A program made the translations under genes and the position numbers. A stretch of DNA of 37,547 nt from an uncultured Anaerolineae bacterium (GTDB lineage Bacteria; Chloroflexota; Anaerolineae; JAAYEA01): the NCBI GenBank assembly GCA_964412315.1, contig CAYPON010000002.1, positions 1 through 37,547 of the forward strand, given 5' to 3'. The first letter of the stretch is position 1; each line of letters begins with the position of its first letter. Shown in pieces: positions 31,490 to 37,547 of the stretch. A model generated the notes under the pieces. That model made no database searches and had not been told where the DNA came from. It saw only the letters and a list, made by a program, of their open reading frames with translations.

Positions 31490-32593
31490 TTACCCCTCCA
31501 CGTTGTCCTTGAGGACCTGGCATATCTGGGTTATTTGTTGCGGCGTCAGTGTTGCCGATGAGGGCAGATTCAGACCTTTTCGCGAAAGCTCCGTGGCTAC
31601 AGGAAACTCCTGGCCTTCGGCTCCGGCCTGGTAAGGCGGCATAGTGTGAATAGGGTAGAAGAAGGGACGGCTGTCTATGTCGCGTGCTTTCAGTTCTTTC
31701 ATCAACTCGTCGCGGGCCAGGCCGTAGCTATCCTCCGCCAGTATGGAGTACATCCAGTACACATTCCGCGCCCAGGAGGCTTCAGGCGGCAGGCTGATGC
31801 CCGGCACACTCCGCAACAGGCCATTGTAGAGAGCGGCATTTCGCCTCTTGGCGGCGATGATCTCCTCGATACGCTCCAATTGGGCTACGCCGAGGGCTGC
31901 CTGCAGATTGGTGAGCCGATAGTTAAAGCCGATTTCGGGATGCCAGTACCGCTTCTCTTTCGACATGCCGTGGTCGCGCAGGGAACGCGCCCGTTCCGCC
32001 CACTCCGCGTTGTCGGTGAGCACCATGCCACCCTCGCCGGTGGTGATGATCTTGTTGCCGTAAAAGCTGAAGCAGGACATATCGCCCAGCGAACCCGCCC
32101 GCCGGCCTTTGTAAAGCGCGCCATGGGCCTCGGCAGCATCCTCGATCACATAGAGATGGTGACGCTTGGCGATTTCGAGGATGGGATCCATATCGGCGGG
32201 ATGGCCGTAGAGGTGCACGGGGATGATCGCCTTGGTGCACCCCGTTATCTTTTCTTCTATCCGCGCCGGATCCATGTTCCAGGTCTGCGGCTCGGAGTCC
32301 ACGAAGACGGGGCGCGCGCCGGTGTAGGTGACGGCGTTAGCCGTGGCGATAAAGGTCAGCGTGGGCACGATCACCTCGTCCCCCGGCCCGATGCCCAGCA
32401 CGGCCAACCCCAAGTGTAAAGCGGTAGTGCCATTGCTGGTGGCAATGCCATACTTTGCCCCACAGTACTGGCTGAAGCGCTCCTCAAACTCCCGCACGTA
32501 TTTGCCAAGCGATGACACCCAGCCGGTTTTGATGCAGTCCGTAACGTATGCTAATTCGTTCCCCCCCAGCGAAACGTCTGTCACAGGTATCAT
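31490..32593 (-). CDS. DegT/DnrJ/EryC1/StrS-family PLP-dependent sugar aminotransferase (perosamine-synthase-like)
   Basis: GNELAYVTDCIKTGWVSS.GKYVREFEERFSQYCGAKYGIATSNGTTALHL, DAAEAHGA, and the PLP-lysine motif SFYGNKIITTGEGGM. Confidence 0.9.
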   Translation of the reverse strand: MIPVTDVSLGGNELAYVTDCIKTGWVSSLGKYVREFEERFSQYCGAKYGIATSNGTTALHLGLAVLGIGPGDEVIVPTLTFIATANAVTYTGARPVFVDSEPQTWNMDPARIEEKITGCTKAIIPVHLYGHPADMDPILEIAKRHHLYVIEDAAEAHGALYKGRRAGSLGDMSCFSFYGNKIITTGEGGMVLTDNAEWAERARSLRDHGMSKEKRYWHPEIGFNYRLTNLQAALGVAQLERIEEIIAAKRRNAALYNGLLRSVPGISLPPEASWARNVYWMYSILAEDSYGLARDELMKELKARDIDSRPFFYPIHTMPPYQAGAEGQEFPVATELSRKGLNLPSSATLTPQQITQICQVLKDNVEG

Positions 32594-32625
32594 GGGTCTT
32601 CTCCTCTATTCAAGTAGGAACGCTA

Positions 32626-34221
32626 CTATTGGCCCGCAGCAATCCTCTTCCTCAGGTCGAAGATTAGATATGTCTTACTCTTGGCTACTATAGGGAATTC
32701 CCTGCTCAGCACTTGTTTCAAATCCTTCTGCGCTTCAAATTCCCCGAAATTTGTAACAATGAAATATTCGGAGAAGCCTGCCTTGATCATCTTATTCAGG
32801 CGCTCCTCTACATTTAGTTCTTGCTTTCCCAGCAGTTCTCGTTGCCGGAGGGCGCCTCCTGCAGGCCAGAGTTGCCCAGAGAGTTCCCCGTAATATTGGA
32901 GCGGCATTCCGTTGTAGAAAGACATCAAGATAGTTTTAGTGCTGTGTCCAACAGCCTCGCCAATTTCCTGGGCTACACTTACTTCGCGGGCGAAGTCAGG
33001 AGCAAGCCCCCATGTCTTTGTAGAGGGGCTGATAAATGTTACCACGAGAAGCGCGCCCCAGACAACCAGGCGCCAAATCCATCCCGCACGGGCCTGACCC
33101 AAACGGCTCGAGATTAGAGCGCCTGCGGAGCCTAAGGAAAGGGCCACAATGGGGATAAGCTGCAAATGATAATACTGGTGAGTATGGATGTGCCAATTGA
33201 ATACCAAGCCGAAGACAATATAGCCGATCCATAATCCTATCAGCAAGGCTGTCAGCGATCCGCGGCGGAGCATGAGGAGCCCCAAAAGCGCCCCTATGAG
33301 AGCAACATACCCGATCGCGTGATTGATTAGCCTGAGCCACTTCTGCCAAAAAAGCGGGGAGAACAGCAGTTGAGGGAGGAATCTTCCTCCGATTAGCCCT
33401 CGCAGATATCCAGTGATGAACATGCCGTACACGAAGAACAAAACGGTCGGCAAAAGGCTCATAATTGCAAATAACCAAAGGTTGCGACTAGCCGCCGTCC
33501 TCCGAACGCCTTGTCTGAAAATGCTGAGCGAGATGAATGCTCCGAATATGACAAATAGGCAAATGGGGGGCTTGACAAACAGGGCCAGACCTGAGACGAT
33601 GGCTGCGATCACCAACCTGCGCAGCGATGGCCGCGCATGATACCGCCATATGGCAAAAAGGCTAGCCAGAAACAACATGATCATCAACGGATCCGGCTGG
33701 AAACTCATGCTTGCGGCTATGCTGAAGGGAAGAAAGAGATAGAACGCCATAGAAAAGGCCGCGGCTTCGATGGAGATCAACTCCTTGGCGAGCAAGTAGA
33801 GGAAGGCCCCGCCTATCAACCAGAATATCGAGGACAGCAATCGTGGAACCCAGAGTTTTTCCCCCCCGATAGCGCGATAGGCAAGGGCTGTTATGGTTTC
33901 CATGATCGGAAGCTCAGGGTTCCTTCTCATGCTAGCGATTGCGACCTGTTTTCTCCATTCAGGAATTGACTCCAGGTTCCTAAAATAGTATCCCCTGGCA
34001 ATGAGAGCAGAAAGATAGTGGCGCATAGGAGCAAATCCAGAAGGCTCGTCAATGTGGTAGAATCTGATTCCTAAAGCTGCAATGAACAAAGAGCTAATAA
34101 TAAGCAACCATAATCCCCTTTTTAAGGGAAAGCGCTGTTTCCCCTGAGTTGGTTCAGATTGCGATTCGGCTTGCATTGTAGTGGCCTCCTGAGCTAGCTT
34201 GAGCGCCATGACTGGCGACAC
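32626..34221 (-). CDS. GT-C fold glycosyltransferase, ArnT/PMT_2-like
   Basis: 531 aa, polytopic (about 11 or more helices), with a C-terminal soluble domain of about 110 aa. IRFYHIDEPSGFAPMRHYLSALIARGYYF is the first-loop acidic motif. Its last 142 nt are 88% identical to 37406..37547. The start is GTG 34221 or ATG 34209. Confidence 0.75.
   Translation of the reverse strand: MSPVMALKLAQEATTMQAESQSEPTQGKQRFPLKRGLWLLIISSLFIAALGIRFYHIDEPSGFAPMRHYLSALIARGYYFRNLESIPEWRKQVAIASMRRNPELPIMETITALAYRAIGGEKLWVPRLLSSIFWLIGGAFLYLLAKELISIEAAAFSMAFYLFLPFSIAASMSFQPDPLMIMLFLASLFAIWRYHARPSLRRLVIAAIVSGLALFVKPPICLFVIFGAFISLSIFRQGVRRTAASRNLWLFAIMSLLPTVLFFVYGMFITGYLRGLIGGRFLPQLLFSPLFWQKWLRLINHAIGYVALIGALLGLLMLRRGSLTALLIGLWIGYIVFGLVFNWHIHTHQYYHLQLIPIVALSLGSAGALISSRLGQARAGWIWRLVVWGALLVVTFISPSTKTWGLAPDFAREVSVAQEIGEAVGHSTKTILMSFYNGMPLQYYGELSGQLWPAGGALRQRELLGKQELNVEERLNKMIKAGFSEYFIVTNFGEFEAQKDLKQVLSREFPIVAKSKTYLIFDLRKRIAAGQ
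32641..32782 (-). repeat. Direct repeat partner of 37406..37547 (3' ends of two paralogous GT-C genes, offset 4765 nt)
   Basis: Hand alignment without gaps gives 125/142 identical. This includes a 45-nt exact run, 32737..32781 = 37502..37546. Confidence 0.85.
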
Positions 34222-34287
34222 GAGCTACGCTTTGCCTATTTGAGCCTTAACCTGACGGCGGAGGTGAAAGCGTCACTGGATTGCCTG

Positions 34288-34956
34288 TCACGGTATCTGC
34301 TGTGGCTTGACTGCCACAATCCAGGCCTGGCTACCCATTATGCCCCAGATAGGCGGAAACAACAGGTACAGGCGAACGAGAAAGGGATGTTGTGGAATAC
34401 GGCTACGGGTAGTATAAGGCAGGAATCTCGGACGTACCTCTATTACCTTCAAACCAATCACAGTCACTGCCTCTACCAGGGTACGGTCTGTCAGAGGTAT
34501 CTGATGATCAACAAAGTCCCAATAACTTCCGCCCAGAAAGCGTATGTTCGGCTGAAGCACGAGCAGCTTCGCCCCAGGGCGCAAAATGCGGTATACTTCG
34601 GCCAAAGATGCGATGAAAGTGCGCTTATCTGGCAAGTGCTCAAAAAAGTTACTAGCAAATACAATATCCACTGAGTTGTCAGCTATTTTGCCCTTCAGAG
34701 AGTGCGCAGGAGCAATGATAACTCGAGTTCCCTTCGGCGCAAACTGTGTTACCTGTGAATCAAGATCAACGGCAATACGCTCTTTGCATTGAATGTAGCG
34801 GAGGAACTCGCAGAATCCGGCACCAAGATCGAGCACCGTCGCATCGCTCGAGACATACTTTTGGAAGAAATAGCGACATAGCACTCGCCAGATGGCATCC
34901 TTGGCTGCGCGATCCTCCTTCGAAAAGCGATTTGCGTATACCGTCGTTAAATCCAC
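34288..34956 (-). CDS. Class I SAM-dependent methyltransferase
   Basis: Motif I VLDLGAGFCEFL, VDIVFASNFFEHL, LRPGAKLLV. GTG start. Confidence 0.8.
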   Translation of the reverse strand: MDLTTVYANRFSKEDRAAKDAIWRVLCRYFFQKYVSSDATVLDLGAGFCEFLRYIQCKERIAVDLDSQVTQFAPKGTRVIIAPAHSLKGKIADNSVDIVFASNFFEHLPDKRTFIASLAEVYRILRPGAKLLVLQPNIRFLGGSYWDFVDHQIPLTDRTLVEAVTVIGLKVIEVRPRFLPYTTRSRIPQHPFLVRLYLLFPPIWGIMGSQAWIVAVKPQQIP

Positions 34957-34980
34957 CGTCTTCTTTTCTCCCCTCTTCGC

Positions 34981-36006
34981 TTAACGCCATTGCTTACCAT
35001 AGCCAGAGGACCTTAGAATCTTATTCCGCAGATTACGCCCTACACATATATCCCACACGGCATAATAGAGCCGTGCCCCCCAACAGCATATCACAAACAA
35101 AGGTGTGTCAAAGGCCAACCAACGAACAAACGATCTTCTTAACGCTAACTCTAACCAAGACACTACATTGTGCTTTGCCGGGACGAAACGCTTCGTGACC
35201 TCTGCGATGGGTTCTCCCACCACAATTATATTCTTGTGGTCTGCTACACCCAAGCCATGGCGGGCACACAACTGCAAATGCTCAATTCTATCTGGGTCAA
35301 AGCCCATGACCTGCGCAGCGACAACATCCAATGCTACTAGATCGCCTGAAGCTAGTACTAGGCCCATCTCTTTCGGCCGTCCGGCCTTCGGGCCGTTGCC
35401 TTCCAGAGCAATTGTGCCATCCATCACCGCAAAGCGTGGCCGAACTATAGCGTTGACATCAACTAGGGCCTGCGATAGTACCAAATGAAAACTGTGACGT
35501 AGCGTCTGTAAGCAGCCCCACTGATTTTTGACAGCTCCACTTATCGTCGTCTTGTTGTGGGTCTTCATCAAAGGGATAGTGATGACCTCAGTACGAGTCA
35601 AGATCTCGGGGATATAGATATCCTTGAGTACTAAATGATCATCGTTTAGCAAACGCACAAAGTTCCCGCGAGACATATTCACCCACTGGATATCGTACTT
35701 TTTGCATACTGCGTCAAGGCGTGTACTGCGCAGTGCATCCTCAACGTTGACAACCACTTGGCTAGACTCAACCATATAGACTCTCCCGACATAATCTCTA
35801 ATGGTCTGTATAACACCTTCTACAACCCACGGCGCGCTAACAGCACCAGGGATTAAGATGTCCCAACCGAGATTGACCTTGAGAGACACATCCGCACCAG
35901 GCGAAATAAACTGATGCCAGTTGACTAACTCCATTGCACGCTGGACGCCTTCATAGATCATTTCTGGTGAGACACGCACGAGGCTAACAACGGATTGGTC
36001 ACTCAT
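34981..36006 (-). CDS. DUF362-domain protein (function unknown)
   Basis: 341 aa. ADVSLKVNLGWDILIPGAVSAPWVVEGVIQTIRDY, IPLMKTHNKTTISGAVKNQWG and AVMDGTIALEGNGP match my recollection of the DUF362 pattern (KPNL.., K.H....T...KN..G, DG..g.eG.GP). It has a hydrophobic C-terminal tail. GAAGGA RBS. Confidence 0.65.
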   Translation of the reverse strand: MSDQSVVSLVRVSPEMIYEGVQRAMELVNWHQFISPGADVSLKVNLGWDILIPGAVSAPWVVEGVIQTIRDYVGRVYMVESSQVVVNVEDALRSTRLDAVCKKYDIQWVNMSRGNFVRLLNDDHLVLKDIYIPEILTRTEVITIPLMKTHNKTTISGAVKNQWGCLQTLRHSFHLVLSQALVDVNAIVRPRFAVMDGTIALEGNGPKAGRPKEMGLVLASGDLVALDVVAAQVMGFDPDRIEHLQLCARHGLGVADHKNIIVVGEPIAEVTKRFVPAKHNVVSWLELALRRSFVRWLAFDTPLFVICCWGARLYYAVWDICVGRNLRNKILRSSGYGKQWR

Positions 36007-36036
36007 TTGGGTTCCTTCTAACAGAAATGAGAGACA

Positions 36037-37362
36037 TTACACATTCCCCGTAGAGCGTTCAGTTTCTACTATGGTCAACGCAACTTTGTGTGCTAAGTCT
36101 ATAGTGCTGCTGATAGTACGATCTGCTGGGTAGAGTTGGCTTGATTCAATCAGATAAAGGTTACGAATGGGCGTCACGTGTGCAGGGATGCGTTGAGCAA
36201 AGTCGTTGGTGCAAATCACTTGGGCAAATGGGTCTCTCGTCACAGCATAATCTATGATCCAATCAACATTAAAATCACGACTCACAATCGTCAGAGCTTT
36301 AGCACACTCTTGAAGCAGTTGCTCGTCGCTATAGTGGAAACGTTCATGCTTGTGAGGCAAGTAATAAGGCACATATAGAACCGCAGAGCCATCAGATGTA
36401 GCTTGCTTATTGAGATTAGTGTACTCAATACAACCATTAAAAGGCACACGTGGGTCATTGATGTTCAGCCAGAAATTTCCAGTTAGAGGGTAACGCAGGC
36501 GTAATATCAGACAGATTACTCCAATAAAGTCTATCGCAGCAAGCTTGCTGCGATAGTCTGGCGGCAGGTCCGGTGTCAGGTGCAAGAAAACAGGCAAGGG
36601 CACAGCCGATACGACATAGTCGAAATGCCAACGCTGCCCATCAGTAGTGTGCAGTCCCCAAACTTGGCCATCATCTACTATGATCTTTGCCACTGGCCGG
36701 CTAAGCATAACACTGCCTCTATGTTGTCGCAACTCCTGCACTAACGATTTGATGAAAATGTCCGTGCCTCCCTCAAGATATCCTAACATCTCACGATGCA
36801 AAGGCGTCTTGCGTGACTGGGCCACCCGATGAATGCGATGCCAAACCCACGCCGCCGAGATCCGATCATGGTATTCGCCAAACTTGACTTTGAGCAGAGG
36901 ATACCAAGTGACCATGTACGTGTTATAACCCAACAGACGCATTAGCCATTGCTCGGCAGGTATTTGATCCAAATGCCGCCAATGATTAACGAATAAACAA
37001 TACAGAATCAAAAAACCGTAACGGAATCGTCCCACTACATTGGTACCGCCGAACTTGAGAAGATCAAAGCCAGAACTGAACGGATACAACTTGCCTTGAT
37101 TGAAAAACCCCATCTTTGTGGGTTTCCAGCGCAGCTTGTCTTCTATTCCTAGCTCACGCAGTTTGCGAAAATAGCCAATGTCACCAGCACAAATAAAATG
37201 GTAATAACGTTCAATGTGGATATCGCCGAACTGAAACGATCGAGCCAGTCCACCCAGTTCAGACGTGGCCTCAAACAGAGTGACTTGGTGTCCAGCACGG
37301 CTAAGGTCATGCGCCAGTGCCAAACCTGCTGCCCCGCCGCCTACGACGCCTACTTTGCTCAT
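36037..37362 (-). CDS. NAD(P)/FAD-dependent oxidoreductase (amine-oxidase / phytoene-desaturase / HemY-like fold)
   Basis: Dinucleotide motif KVGVVGGGAAGLALAHDLSRAGHQVTLFEATSELGGLARS. ATG 37362 is preceded by GGGAAGGG. The track's TTG 37407 start would overlap the upstream paralogous GT-C gene. Confidence 0.8.
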   Translation of the reverse strand: MSKVGVVGGGAAGLALAHDLSRAGHQVTLFEATSELGGLARSFQFGDIHIERYYHFICAGDIGYFRKLRELGIEDKLRWKPTKMGFFNQGKLYPFSSGFDLLKFGGTNVVGRFRYGFLILYCLFVNHWRHLDQIPAEQWLMRLLGYNTYMVTWYPLLKVKFGEYHDRISAAWVWHRIHRVAQSRKTPLHREMLGYLEGGTDIFIKSLVQELRQHRGSVMLSRPVAKIIVDDGQVWGLHTTDGQRWHFDYVVSAVPLPVFLHLTPDLPPDYRSKLAAIDFIGVICLILRLRYPLTGNFWLNINDPRVPFNGCIEYTNLNKQATSDGSAVLYVPYYLPHKHERFHYSDEQLLQECAKALTIVSRDFNVDWIIDYAVTRDPFAQVICTNDFAQRIPAHVTPIRNLYLIESSQLYPADRTISSTIDLAHKVALTIVETERSTGNV

Positions 37363-37387
37363 ACCCTTCCCTAGAGTTATGCCGACG

Positions 37388-37547
37388 TTACTGTTTGCTG
37401 GAGCCAATCCTTTTCCTTAGGTCGAAGATCTGGTATCTCTTATGCTTGGCTACTAAGGCGAATTCGTTGCTCAGCACTTGTTTCAAATCCTCCTGCGCGT
37501 TAAATTCCCCGAAATTTGTAACAATGAAATATTCGGAGAAGCCTGCT
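37388..37547 (-). CDS. 3' end of a further ArnT/PMT_2-like GT-C gene (paralogue of 32626..34221); gene begins beyond the right edge
   Basis: The open-ended reverse frame reads ..AGFSEYFIVTNFGEFNAQEDLKQVLSNEFALVAKHKRYQIFDLRKRIGSSKQ* (stop 37390..37388). It is nearly identical to the C-terminus of the 32626..34221 product (..GFSEYFIVTNFGEFEAQKDLKQVLSREFPIVAKSKTYLIFDLRKRIAAGQ*). Confidence 0.65.
   Translation of the reverse strand, partial: AGFSEYFIVTNFGEFNAQEDLKQVLSNEFALVAKHKRYQIFDLRKRIGSSKQ

Noticed and set aside
32600-37547. Mobile genetic element (genomic island with integrase or transposase, or a MITE-flanked transposon) as the explanation for the low-G+C segment.
   Set aside because: No recombinase-like ORF, tRNA attachment site or terminal inverted repeats were seen. 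The only bracketing repeats are the coding 3' ends of paralogous GT-C genes. I therefore reported it as a compositional anomaly, not as a mobile element.

Overview
The window is 37.5 kb and G+C-rich except for roughly the right-most 4-5 kb. I can support 31 protein-coding genes, and all of them lie on the minus strand. Spacers are mostly 0-35 nt, and there are several 4-nt start/stop overlaps (ATGA, GTGA, TTGA). The long plus-strand ORFs in the track look like antisense shadows. I found no rRNA, tRNA, CRISPR array, transposase, integrase or phage gene; the largest gaps are 169, 124 and 106 nt.

The content is a cell-envelope glycan or glycoconjugate biosynthesis supercluster. It runs off both edges of the window.
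- Wzz-like chain-length protein (partial), a Wzx-like flippase and two GT1 enzymes.
- Four GT2 enzymes, three of them DPM1/GtrB/ArnC-like.
- Seven GT-C-like polytopic membrane proteins: five ArnT/PMT_2-like, one YfhO-like and one unassigned.
- A DUF2304 small membrane protein and a CE4 deacetylase.
- A DegT-type sugar aminotransferase, two tandem GNATs, a hexapeptide acyltransferase and an HpnA-like SDR.
- Two SAM methyltransferases.
- Three radical SAM enzymes: two B12-binding type and one SPASM-like.
- An FAD oxidoreductase and a DUF362 protein.
- An internal two-gene unit encoding a secreted metallophosphoesterase and a 1208-aa secreted multidomain esterase.

The points most worth following up are these.
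1. The gene logic resembles the Arn pathway: an aminosugar is N-acylated, loaded on a polyprenyl phosphate, deacylated, flipped and transferred by GT-C enzymes. Here it is multiplied over many GT-C enzymes and combined with radical SAM tailoring.
2. Four genes carry in-frame insertions of palindromic repeat elements, similar to Rickettsia RPEs. Two unrelated genes carry the same element family.
3. A lower-G+C segment at the right end is bracketed by 88%-identical 3' ends of paralogous GT-C genes 4765 nt apart.
4. The secreted protein has an unusual architecture and an unusual C-terminal tail.

All functional calls come from motif and architecture recognition by eye. No database search was run. 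The Pro/Thr-rich linkers and hairpin repeat families remind me of Chloroflexota genomes, but that is only a guess.
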